A stretch of 64,000 nucleotides of DNA, taken from NCBI GenBank assembly GCA_965240325.2, contig OZ251248.1, positions 806,001 through 870,000 of the forward strand, in the 5' to 3' direction. The translations under genes and the position numbers were made by a program. Below are positions 48,839 through 58,721 of this stretch, one piece after another (within the stretch, counting starts at the first letter, position 1; each line of letters opens with the position of its first letter). The stretch comes from Rebecca billardiae RCC1528. Taxonomy: Eukaryota; Protista; Haptophyta. Below the pieces are notes generated by a model. That model saw only the letters and a program-made list of their open reading frames with translations, did no database searches and was not told where the DNA came from.

Positions 48839-49133
48839 CCGCGGTTGTGGGGTGTATTTGATTCCGCACGTTACCCACAAACTAGTTCACACTTCAGAAC
48901 GGCGGAATCCGGAGTAAATGATACATGCCACTTATGTGGCTCGCCAATCATGAGTGCCAGTTGTTGGTGCCAGATTCGAGATTGGCAAGCAGTTTTTACC
49001 CCTTGCCAGGCGATCTCATCGATCTCCTTGTTTCTAATATATGGGGGTATGGGCCAGTCCTAAACCTCGTGGGCGAGATACTCCCAGATCGCGCGCTCCA
49101 AAACCCCCGCCTCCTCGAACCCCACAACCGCTG
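48839..49133. mobile_element. Putative degenerate hAT-like MITE (~295 bp)
   Basis: Ends CCGCGGTTGTGGGGT and ACCCCACAACCGCTG form a 14/15 inverted match around a lower-GC interior. The TSD is not intact. Confidence 0.45.
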
Positions 49134-49165
49134 GCAAGTGCGTGGGACGCGGCTGTGCGCGCGAC

Positions 49166-52100
49166 ATGCACGGCCTCATCCACGTGGTGCTGCGCTCCCT
49201 CGTGCTCGAGGTGGGCGGCGACGAGGCGTGGGAGCGCGTGCTCGAGCGCCTTGAGATCGACGACGACGCCGCGGTGCTCGAGCTCCGCCAGCACGAGGAC
49301 GCGGTGACGGTGAGCGCCGTGCAGGCGGCGGTGCACGTGCTCGGCGTCGAGCTCGACGCCGGGCTGCGGCTGTTCGGCGAGCACTTCGTCAAGTTCCTGC
49401 ACGAGACGACGAGTTACATCCCAACCATCCGCTCCTTCGGCTCCGACGTGCTCGAGTTTGTGCGCAACATCGACCACATGCACCGGCAGCTGCAGGAGGT
49501 GTACACCGACTCGTCCTTCCCGTCCTTCCTCGTGAGCGGCGAGCAGGAGGCGCCGACGCCGACGGCCGGGGCGGCGGAGAAGGCGGCGGGCGCGGGCGTG
49601 AGCACGGCCCTCGGCCGGCCCGTCGAGCTGCTCAAGGAGCCGATGAAGCTCTCCTTCGCCTCGAAGCGCGGCGCGCTGCTCGCGCCGGTTGCCGAGGGCG
49701 CGCTCGTCGAGGTCGCGCGCCGCGTGTACGGCCAGGAGCTGAGGCTGGAGCGCGAGCCCGTGGCGCGCGACGGGTACCACGTGACGTGGCTGGTGCACGT
49801 GCGCGCGCTCGGCGTGCCCTCGCGCGCGCCCACGCCGCCCGAGGCCACGCCCGCCCGCGAGCGCAGCGGCCGCTCGGCGTTCGAGCGCCGAGCGGGCGCG
49901 CTCTGGCACTCGGCGCTGGCGTCGATGGGCGGCGGCGCCGAGCGGCGCCGGCCGCCGCCAGCGCGCGCGGGCCTGCGCACGAGCACGCGCGACAGCGCCA
50001 CCCTCGAGGACGACTTTGTGGACCTCGAGAACGAGCTCGCGGGCGGCGAGGACGCGCAGAGCGACCCGTCGGACCGCGGCGACGGCGGCGCCGCCTCCGC
50101 CGCTACCGTCGCGCACGCCAGGCGCACGCGCGTCGGCGTCGACCTCTTCGACGGCGGCGCGCGCGCGGGATGCGGCCGGTCGTCGGGCGGCGTCGCCGTG
50201 CCCGACCGGTACCGGCTCGTCCCGCTCCGCGGCTTCGTGCACCCGGCGACCGAGGCCCTCTTCCGCACGCGCGCGCTCGCGCGCGGTTACGCAGAGACTG
50301 CGCGCGCGCTGAGCATTGGCTACTGTCTCGTCTCCATCCCGTTCGTCGTCTTCGCCGGCGCGTTCGGCGCGGCGGAGTGCCCGGCGGTGGTCGCCTCGAT
50401 CTGCACGCACCTGCTCTCCATGTGCTTCGCGCTCGCGGTCGCGCTCGCCTCCGCCCCCGTGCTCTCGGCGCACGCCGCCGCCAGCACCGCTGCGGCCAAC
50501 GCAGCGCTGGCGCGCATCGAGCGGATCACCCTGGCCTGGCTCGCGACGGCGGCGGTGCAGGTGCTCGTGCTCACGCCGTGCCGGCTGGCGCTGCTGCTCG
50601 AGTGGCACGCGGGGCACGGCGGCGGCGGCGCGGACGACGGCGCCGAGCTGCTCGAGGCGAGCTGCGCCGCCGCCCTCGCCTTCTCCCCCGCGTGCTCGCA
50701 GGCCTCCACGCTGCTCGTCGCTGTCGGCGTTTTGATCGTCGGCTCGACGACACTGCCGATGTGCGCGCAGCACTTCGCCGCGCTCGCGCTCGTGACGGTG
50801 GTGGCGACGGTGGTCGCGGAGGCGTGCGCGCCGCTGCCGGGGCACACGCCCATGGAGGGCGTCGTCGACGCCGCGCTCCTCGCCGCGCTCAGCGCGGTGC
50901 TCTGGCGCGCCGGCGCCGCGCGCATGTGCCGAGAGCGCCAGCACTTCACCGCGCAGCACTCGATCCTCGCCGCGACGCGCCGCTGGCAGCAGCTGAAGAA
51001 GACGGAGGTGGAGACGCACCTGCGCGCGTCGTCGGCGGAGGTGGCGAGCACGGCGCGCTCGAAGCTGATCCGCGTCGTGATGCACGACCTGCGCTCGCCG
51101 CTCCTCGCCGTGCGCACCGTCGCCGACACGCTCGTGGATGAGGGCCCGCGCTCGATGCTGGGCGAACCTTCCGTGAAGCGTCACCTCGAGACGCTTCGCA
51201 CGTGCTCGGCGATGATGGAGGGGATCGTGTCGGACATGCTCGACTTCGAGCGGATCGACTCCGGGCGGATGGTGCTCGTGCACCGCCCCTTCTCGCTCCC
51301 GCGCCTCTTCGCCGACGCCGAGATGGCCTTCGCCCAGCTCTGCGCGCGCAAGAACGTACGGCTCACGTTTGAACACCCTCCCGACTCGCTCGCGAGCGCG
51401 CGGTTCGTTGGTGACGCGCGCCGGCTGCTGCAGTGCCTGTGCAACGGGCTGAGCAACGCGAACAAGTTCTGCGACCCGGGCGGCGCGATCTGCGTCCGCG
51501 CGTGGCAGACCGCGCACGCGCGCAAGGGCTGGGCGCGCGTGCACGTCGCCATCGTCGACGACGGCGTTGGGCTGGACAACGGCGAGCTACGCACCCTGCA
51601 GCAGGGGGTCGCGTTTAGTCAAGTCGGTAAGGGGCAGATGCAGGGGAACGGCGGCACCGGGCTCGGGCTGACGATCGTGCGGCACATCCTCAAGCTGCAC
51701 CACGGCTCGGAGCTCGCGCTGTACTCGGCGGGGCACCGCAAGGGCACCACCTTCGAGCTGCGCATCTCGATGCCGCTCGCGACGGATGAGGACGAGGCGG
51801 CGGGCCGGGGGGTGCATCTGTCGCCGCCGCTGCGGCCGCGCGCGCACACGCTCTCGGTGCGACAGGTCGGCGGCGCGGGGAGCAAGAGCGGGCCGCTCTC
51901 GCCCATCGCGAGGGGCTCCGCCGTCAAGCGCTCGCAGTCGGGGCCGTGGCTCGCCTCCTCCGGCATCGTGCCGCTACAGACCGCCGCCGCCGGCAGCGGC
52001 GATGGGCTCGGCGCCGCCGCCACCGCGATGGCGCTTGCCGCGAGCGCTCCAGAGCCGGAGCCCAGCCCGGCCGACGCCGCCGCCGCCGCCGCCGCCGCTG

Positions 52101-52957
52101 CCGCCGCCGACCGCGCGGTCGCCGAGCTGAGCTGCCTCCACGTCGAGGTGCGCCCCGCCACCCCACCCCGCGCGCGCCGGCGCGCTGAGCCTCCTCCGCG
52201 GCTCGCGCCCCGCCGCGCCCACCGCGCGCCCCGGCACCGCTCACCGCACTGCGCCCCTGCTTGCCGCGCCGCCGCCCGCGCGCACGCCCGTCTCGGCGAC
52301 GCGCCCGCGTCGGCGACGCGCGCGCAGGACGACATGATGCTGCAGCTCTCGATCCAGGCGCGGCTCTTCGGCCGGCACAAGGTCGCGTGCGACGTCGCGA
52401 GTAACGGCCGCGAGGCGGTCGACCTCGTCGCGAGCCGCGCCAAGGACGGGCTTGCGCCGTATTCGCTCGTCCTCATGGATAACCAGGTGGGTATTCTGAG
52501 TAACGAATTCCCCGCGCCTATTGCGCGGGGCTTACGGGCTGGCCCGCGCCTACCCGCATGCGCGCCGACGCCCGAGGGCGGTCGTGGGCTGTCGGGCTGC
52601 GCGGCGTGGCGCGCGCGCGCGCGCTCACGCGCCGCCCTCGCCCCCCACCCACCGCGCGCGTGCGCCACACCGCAGATGCCCACGATGAGTGGCGCCGAGG
52701 CGACGCGCGCGCTCCGGGCGCTCGGCTTCGAGGGTCGGATCATCGGCATGACCGGCGACCCGGCGGGCTCGACGGACCGCGACGAGTTCGAGGCGGCGGG
52801 GCTGGACGAGTGCGTGGACAAGACACCAGAGGGCGTCGAGCTCGTCGAGCGCCACCTGCTCGAGATCGTGCGCCGCGCGAGGCACTCGGGCTCGTCGGAC
52901 CAGGGCCGCGGCACAGCGTCGTCGGCCGTCTCACATGGCAGCAGGAGCGGCGGGTAA
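49166..52957 (+). CDS. Hybrid histidine kinase: H-NOX, multi-TM, HisKA, HATPase_c and receiver
   Basis: H-NOX: MHGLIHVVL..GDEAWERVL..LRLFGEHF..IRSFGSDVLEFVRNIDHMH..FPSF..FASKR..EGAL. About 5-6 hydrophobic segments lie at 50310-50905. H box VMHDLRSPL, N box NGLSNANKF, G1 DDGVGL, G2 GTGLGL. The REC domain (LHVE/DD..LVLMDNQ/MPTMSG..IIGMTG..VDK) is split by introns 52148..52327 and 52487..52675. Confidence 0.9.
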   Translation: MHGLIHVVLRSLVLEVGGDEAWERVLERLEIDDDAAVLELRQHEDAVTVSAVQAAVHVLGVELDAGLRLFGEHFVKFLHETTSYIPTIRSFGSDVLEFVRNIDHMHRQLQEVYTDSSFPSFLVSGEQEAPTPTAGAAEKAAGAGVSTALGRPVELLKEPMKLSFASKRGALLAPVAEGALVEVARRVYGQELRLEREPVARDGYHVTWLVHVRALGVPSRAPTPPEATPARERSGRSAFERRAGALWHSALASMGGGAERRRPPPARAGLRTSTRDSATLEDDFVDLENELAGGEDAQSDPSDRGDGGAASAATVAHARRTRVGVDLFDGGARAGCGRSSGGVAVPDRYRLVPLRGFVHPATEALFRTRALARGYAETARALSIGYCLVSIPFVVFAGAFGAAECPAVVASICTHLLSMCFALAVALASAPVLSAHAAASTAAANAALARIERITLAWLATAAVQVLVLTPCRLALLLEWHAGHGGGGADDGAELLEASCAAALAFSPACSQASTLLVAVGVLIVGSTTLPMCAQHFAALALVTVVATVVAEACAPLPGHTPMEGVVDAALLAALSAVLWRAGAARMCRERQHFTAQHSILAATRRWQQLKKTEVETHLRASSAEVASTARSKLIRVVMHDLRSPLLAVRTVADTLVDEGPRSMLGEPSVKRHLETLRTCSAMMEGIVSDMLDFERIDSGRMVLVHRPFSLPRLFADAEMAFAQLCARKNVRLTFEHPPDSLASARFVGDARRLLQCLCNGLSNANKFCDPGGAICVRAWQTAHARKGWARVHVAIVDDGVGLDNGELRTLQQGVAFSQVGKGQMQGNGGTGLGLTIVRHILKLHHGSELALYSAGHRKGTTFELRISMPLATDEDEAAGRGVHLSPPLRPRAHTLSVRQVGGAGSKSGPLSPIARGSAVKRSQSGPWLASSGIVPLQTAAAGSGDGLGAAATAMALAASAPEPEPSPADAAAAAAAAAAADRAVAELSCLHVEVRPATPPRARRRAEPPPRLAPRRAHRAPRHRSPHCAPACRAAARAHARLGDAPASATRAQDDMMLQLSIQARLFGRHKVACDVASNGREAVDLVASRAKDGLAPYSLVLMDNQVGILSNEFPAPIARGLRAGPRLPACAPTPEGGRGLSGCAAWRARARSRAALAPHPPRACATPQMPTMSGAEATRALRALGFEGRIIGMTGDPAGSTDRDEFEAAGLDECVDKTPEGVELVERHLLEIVRRARHSGSSDQGRGTASSAVSHGSRSGG

Positions 52958-53238
52958 GTGTGGCGGCATCGCCGCAGGCGCACGAGGCGGCCAGCACGGG
53001 GAGCCCGCTCAGCACGCATTCATCACTGCGCGCGACACATCAGCATATATCAGTAACAGTCTCAGCATGCGCGCACGGGCCTCGCATCATCAACCGCGCG
53101 TAGTTATTGCATCAGCATGATGCTGCTACCATTCAATAAGCGTATACAGTATAGTAGTGAACTGTACGGTACCGGTAGGTCAGTACAGTGAACTGAGATC
53201 GACTCTGTTCGGCTGAGCGCGTACTACGTGGAGAGAAA

Positions 53239-54708
53239 ATGGCCACGGCACGGGCGCACGCGCGTCGCCTCGCGCTCGACGACCTGCCGCCCGAAGTGCT
53301 CGGACGCATCCTCTCGCACCTGCTGCCGCGCGACCTCGCCAGCCTGAACGCCACCGCGCGCCTCTTCCACGCCGCGCCGCCCGGCGGGTGCTCGCTGGTC
53401 GAGCGCGCGCTACGCGAACTCACGCGCGCGCGCGGGCACGAGCGCACGCTGCCGGCGTCGCTGCCCTCGGGCGTGCGCACGTGGACGGAGGAGCTGTTCG
53501 TGCGCGAGCGCATCGGTGAGCTCGCGTGCGCGCACTCGTCTCCCGTGGCGGCCGGCTTTGGCTTCTTCAGCGCGTTTGTGGACGCGGAGGGCGGGCTGCA
53601 CACGTGTGGCGAGGAGGAGGAGCTGGACGAGAACGGAAATTGGACGGGCGAGTGTCGAGCGCACGCGGATATCGGCCACTCGGGCGTGACAGTGATGCGC
53701 GTGCCCACGCTCGTCGCCTCCCTCAGCGCAGTGCGCGTGGTCGCGGTGGCGGCTGGTGAGCACCTGCTCGCGCTGAGCGATGCCGGCGCTGTGTACGGCT
53801 GCGGCGAGAACGGGTACGGCCAGCTGGGCGTGGGCGACGGCGAGGTCCGGCGCGCGTTCGTTCCGGTGGTGGCGCTGGCCGATATCGTGGTGGTGAGTAT
53901 CTGCTCTGGACGCGATCACAGCCTCGCGCTCTCCGCCGCTGGCTGTGCGTACAGCTGGGGCTGGAACTACTACGGCCAGCTCGGCCACGGCGACAAGAAG
54001 GACAGGTGGGAGCCGACGCGCATCGAGGCGCTGGACGGCGTGCGCGTGGGCGGCGTGGCTGCAGGCATTGGGCACACCCTGCTGCTCTCCGCCACTGGCG
54101 CAGTTTACACCTGTGGCTACGGCTTCTGCGGCGTGCTCGGTCATGGCGACCATCAGCAGCAGCGCACGCCGAGGCGCATCGAGGCGCTCGCGGGCGTGCG
54201 CGCCGTGCACCTGAGCTCGGGCGCTATGCACAGCCTGGTGGTGGACAGCGCAGGTGCGGTGTACTCGTTTGGGCTTGGTGGGGGTGGCTGGCTCGGGCAC
54301 GGCGACACGCGCGGTGAGCTCACGCCGAGGCGGATTGACGCCCTCGCTGGTGTGCGCATCGTGCGCGCGTGTGCTGGTGCAAACAGCTGCGCGGTGCTGG
54401 GCGCGGACGGCAGCGTGCACACGTTTGGGTACAACAGGGACGGCCAGCTTGGGCTGGGACTCGGAGAGCTGGGCCATAGCGTTCCGGCACGCGTGAGCGC
54501 CCTCGCTTACGTGCGCGTGGTGCGCTGTGCCCTGGGCTCCACCCACTCGCTGTTTGTGAGTGCGGACGGCCGCGTGTACGCGTGCGGCAGGCGGTCGGCT
54601 GCGCTCGGCCTCGGCATGAGCGCGGCAGAGCAAGACGAGCCCACCCAGCGGATTGGCACGCCCGCGCGCGTCTCGGACTCGACGGCGTGGCGCACGCGTG
54701 TCTGCTGA
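53239..54708 (+). CDS. F-box + RCC1-repeat protein (copy 1)
   Basis: LDDLPPEVLGRILSHLLPRDLASL is an F-box. RCC1 repeats follow (YSWGWNYYGQLGHG, AAGIGHTLLL). Intronless. Confidence 0.9.
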   Translation: MATARAHARRLALDDLPPEVLGRILSHLLPRDLASLNATARLFHAAPPGGCSLVERALRELTRARGHERTLPASLPSGVRTWTEELFVRERIGELACAHSSPVAAGFGFFSAFVDAEGGLHTCGEEEELDENGNWTGECRAHADIGHSGVTVMRVPTLVASLSAVRVVAVAAGEHLLALSDAGAVYGCGENGYGQLGVGDGEVRRAFVPVVALADIVVVSICSGRDHSLALSAAGCAYSWGWNYYGQLGHGDKKDRWEPTRIEALDGVRVGGVAAGIGHTLLLSATGAVYTCGYGFCGVLGHGDHQQQRTPRRIEALAGVRAVHLSSGAMHSLVVDSAGAVYSFGLGGGGWLGHGDTRGELTPRRIDALAGVRIVRACAGANSCAVLGADGSVHTFGYNRDGQLGLGLGELGHSVPARVSALAYVRVVRCALGSTHSLFVSADGRVYACGRRSAALGLGMSAAEQDEPTQRIGTPARVSDSTAWRTRVC

Positions 54709-55092
54709 GATCGCGCGGCGCTCGGTGCGAGGGCCAACGGCACCGCTGCAGTCACGTGGATGTGTCTGTGACGGCTACAGTATCATCAGTCGGACCTGCC
54801 GTACGACTGTACTACTAGGCCGCCTCGTCGCTATACGACATAGCAGGCAGTCGCGTAGGCTGCCTCGGCGGGTGGACTCCGGCGGGCCGCCGACTCGGCG
54901 ACGGTGCCGATACGCACTGCCGTACGACAGTCGTACCGGGCGCGTACATGATGCGCAGCGCCATATGCTGATGATGATGGCCAGCAGCATCGGCGTCACT
55001 GACGCGATGATGATGCCATCGTCGCATCATGTGCGTAATATATATGTATATATGGACGGCGGCGACGACGCGCGACTGTGACGACCGTGGAA

Positions 55093-56914
55093 TCACTGAG
55101 GTTCACCGCCTGCCCTGAGCAGCGGCTCGCTCAGCGCCGCGTCAGCGCCGGTCGCGGCGGCCGAGGAGGAGGCCGCGCCGGGCGGGGCCGGCGTCGCCGC
55201 GAGCTCCTCCAGCGCGGCAGCGGCCTTGGCGCGCAGGCGCGCGTCGTCAGCGACGGCCGCTCGGAGCGCCGCGAGCGCGTCGTCGAAGCGCGCGCCCGCG
55301 GCGGGCGGCGGCTGCCGCTTCTGCTCGGGCGGCGGTGCGTGCGACGGGTGCGCGGCGCCCGATGCGCCGGGGCCGGCGCCGCCCGCCGCCTCCGCCTCTG
55401 AGAGGGCGTCCATCCGGCCCTCGATGAACTCGTCGAGCAGGTTGGCCGCGCCGAGGGTGGCGAGCACCGCGCACAGCAGCGGCAGCATCACGCTCGGGTC
55501 GCGCAGCGCCTCGAGCCGCGCCGCGCCGAGCGCGGCGCACGCGCCGATCGCGCCCAGGTTGAGCCACTGCTGCCACGTGTGCACACGGCTCAGGAGCCGG
55601 CCGAGCGCGGCGCCGCGCCGGCCGGGCGCGGTGTGGTTGGGCGGCGCGTGCGCGAGCGCGGTGGCGAGGAAGGCGGCGAGCAGCAGCGCGGTCCCGTACG
55701 CCAGCAGCCACTGCGCGTGGCCCCGCGCCTCCGCCACCGAGAGCAGCGACATGGCCAGCCCGGAGCTGACGAGCCCGAGACCGAACGCCTGGCACGGCAT
55801 GGCGAGAAGGAACACTCCGGTGGCCTCGCCCGAGCGGCGGATGGCGTGGCGGTCGACCTCGACCTCGCACGCGTCGAGGAGCAGCACCTTGAGCGAGAGC
55901 AGCAGCAGGAAGCCGAACGCGAACCGGCTCAGCGGCGGCCGCTCCTCCGAGCTCACCGACGTGAGATTGTCCACACCGTCGCCCAGATAAATCACGAGCA
56001 ATAAAGAAATGCGCTCCGTGTAATGCTCGATGTGGAATGGGATGTAGAGTGGGGGCAGCCCGCACTTGTGGTAGGCGATCAGGGCGGGGAAGAGCGCGAA
56101 GTTGAGCGTGCCGAGCACCACCACCGGCGCCAGCCAGTACGCGCCCTCCGCCAGCGCGTACCCCACCGCCGCCACACCCAGCTTGAACAGCGTGACCGAG
56201 AGCTCGAGCGCGCCGTACCGGCCGGCGCGCGCGCCGCGGAAGTAGCCGAGGACGCGGAGGTGGGTGAGCGCGTGCACGGCGTAGGAGAAGCAGAAGCCGA
56301 GGTAGAGCTGGCGCGTGCGGTCCGACCCCTCGCCGATCGAGCACACCACGCCGATCACGCCGGCCATGAACAGGCCGAAGTGGAAAAAGTTGTACGCGTC
56401 ATTCACGCCAAAGCGCGTGCCGTAGTTGGCCTGGTCGGACCAGAGCGACCAGAGCGCGAGGAAGAGGAAGGTGTACTGCGCGAGCGACAGCCCGGAGGGC
56501 CCGTGCTCACCACCGCCGCCAGCCGCCGCCTCCGCCTCCTCCGCCTCCTCCGCCTCCGCGCTCTCCAGCAGCCGCTCGCGCAGCATGTCGCCGAGCCGGC
56601 GCGCGCCGGTGACAAAGATGAGGTCGAAGAAGAGCTCGGACCTGCGAGCGCGCGTGCGGCACGCGCGGGCGGCTGAGTCCGCCTCGCTCGCGCCGCCGAG
56701 CGAGCGGTGGCGGCGGCGGCTCTCGCGGCGGCACGCGGTCGCGCGCTCACCACGTCATCTTGCGCTCCGCCTCATACGAGTCCTCCGTCCTCTCGCCGCG
56801 GAGCGCCTTGGGCCGGCCGAGCGTGAGCAGCTCGTACCACTTGAAGCCCGTCAGGAGGCCCAGGTCGTGCACGGCGTGGCCGGCGCCCTCCACGTTGAAG
56901 CCGTCCTCCGCCAT
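55093..56914 (-). CDS. LtrA (low temperature requirement A)-family multi-pass membrane protein
   Basis: Intron 56750..56642 joins ERKMTW/SELFFDLIFV. Also W..QANYGTRFGVND, HYTERISLLLVIYLGD and many TM helices. Confidence 0.8.
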
Positions 56915-57071
56915 GGGCGCGGCGGGGTGGTCGTGGTCGTCCCTCGTGGATGGCCGTCGCGTCCGGCACGGGAGCCTCAAGCTCTCGAGGCGGCCCGGCC
57001 CGGATCTTCCGCTCAGCAGACACCCTCGCCGGCCAACCGTCTGCCGTGTGCGCACTGGTGCGCGGCGCGCG

Positions 57072-58553
57072 ATGGCCAGCACGGCACAAGCGCACGCGCG
57101 GCGCCTCGCGCTCGACGACCTGCCACGCGAGGTGCTCGAGCGCGCCCTCTCATTCCTGCCGCCGCGCGACCTCGCCAGCCTGAACGCCACCGCGCGCCTC
57201 TTCCACGCCGCGCCGCCTGGCGGGTGCTCGCCGGTCGAGCGCGCGCTGCGCGAGCGCGCGCGCGCGCGCGGGCACGAGCGCACGCTGCCAGCGTCTCTGC
57301 CCTCGGGCGTGCGCACGTGCACGGAGGAGCTGCTCCTGCGCGAGCGCGTGCTCCAGCTCGTGAGCGCGCATGTGTCCTCAGTCTCGGCCGGCTTTGGCGT
57401 CAGCGCGTTTGTGGACGCGGAGGGCGGGCTGCACACGTGCGGCGAGGAGGAGGTGCGGGACGGCGACCCGATGCAGGCGGCTGAGTATCGAACGCACGCG
57501 GCCGTCGGTCACGTTGGCTGGCCACAAGTGCGCGTGCCCACGCGCGTCACCTCGCTCGGTGCTGTGCGCGTGGCCGCGGTGGCGGCCGGTAGCTCCTACC
57601 TGCTCGCGCTGAGTGAGGCCGGCACCGTGTACGGCTGCGGCCAGAACAGGTCCGGCCAGCTGGGCGTGGGCCACGACGAGGTCCGGCGCGCGTTCGTTCC
57701 GCTCGTAGCACTGGCCGATGTCGTGGTGGTGAGTATCTGCGCTGGTCGCGATCACAGCCTCGCGCTCAGCGCTGCGGGCCGTGCGTACAGCTGGGGCTAC
57801 AACAGCTACGGCCTGCTCGGCCACGGCGACGAGAAGGATCGGTGGGAGCCGACGCGCATCGAGGCGCTAGACGGCGTGCGCGTGGGCGGCGTGGCTGCAG
57901 GCGCTCAGCACACGCTGCTGCTCTCGGTCGGTGGCGCCGTCTACTCGTGCGGTGCCGGCTACTGCGGCGTGCTCGGTCATGGCGACCAGCAGCAGCACAC
58001 GCACACGCCGAGGCGCATCGATGCGCTCTCGGGCGTGCGCGCCGTGCACCTGAGCTCGGGCGCTATGCACAGCCTGGTGGTGGACAGCGCAGGTGCGGTG
58101 TACTCGTTTGGGCTTGGCTGGGACGGCCGGCTCGGGCACGGAGACACGCGCGGTGAGCTCACGCCGAGGCGGATTGACGCCCTCGCTGGTGTGCACATCG
58201 TGCGGGCGTGTGCAGGCGCAGGCAGCAGCGCGGTGCTGGGCGCAGACGGCAGCGTGCACACGTTTGGGGACAACCGGTACGGCCAGCTCGGGCTGGGACT
58301 CGGAGAGCTGGGCCATCTCGTTCCGGCACGCGTGAGTGCCCTCGCTCAAGCTCGCGTGGTGCACTGCGCCATGGGCGAGTTCCACTCGCTGTTCGTGAGA
58401 GCAGACGGCAGCGTGTACGCGTGCGGCCAGCGGTCGGCTGCCCTCGGCCTCGGCATGAGCATGGCCGAGCAAGTCGAGCACGCGGATGAGCCCACCCAGC
58501 GGATTGCCACGCCCACGTGCGTCGGGGCGGCGTGGCGGGCGTGTGTCTGCTGA
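57072..58553 (+). CDS. F-box + RCC1-repeat protein (copy 2)
   Basis: Colinear paralogue of 53239..54708; ATG at 57072. Confidence 0.9.
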   Translation: MASTAQAHARRLALDDLPREVLERALSFLPPRDLASLNATARLFHAAPPGGCSPVERALRERARARGHERTLPASLPSGVRTCTEELLLRERVLQLVSAHVSSVSAGFGVSAFVDAEGGLHTCGEEEVRDGDPMQAAEYRTHAAVGHVGWPQVRVPTRVTSLGAVRVAAVAAGSSYLLALSEAGTVYGCGQNRSGQLGVGHDEVRRAFVPLVALADVVVVSICAGRDHSLALSAAGRAYSWGYNSYGLLGHGDEKDRWEPTRIEALDGVRVGGVAAGAQHTLLLSVGGAVYSCGAGYCGVLGHGDQQQHTHTPRRIDALSGVRAVHLSSGAMHSLVVDSAGAVYSFGLGWDGRLGHGDTRGELTPRRIDALAGVHIVRACAGAGSSAVLGADGSVHTFGDNRYGQLGLGLGELGHLVPARVSALAQARVVHCAMGEFHSLFVRADGSVYACGQRSAALGLGMSMAEQVEHADEPTQRIATPTCVGAAWRACVC

Positions 58554-58721
58554 CGTGCGCCTCTGGTGACGCCATGGCACCAGCAGCAAGTCTTGATGCA
58601 TGCAGCATGTATATGGACATGGTACGCGTGGACGGACCTGCCGCAGCGGCCCACCGTCAGCAGCTAGCACTTAGCCTGACAGCACGCGGCGGATATATCG
58701 CGACGATGAGGCGGAAGGACC

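Noticed and set aside
49166-52957. Bacterial contamination as the source of the two-component gene
   Set aside because: It carries two spliceosomal introns in the host style and has host-like GC and codon usage.
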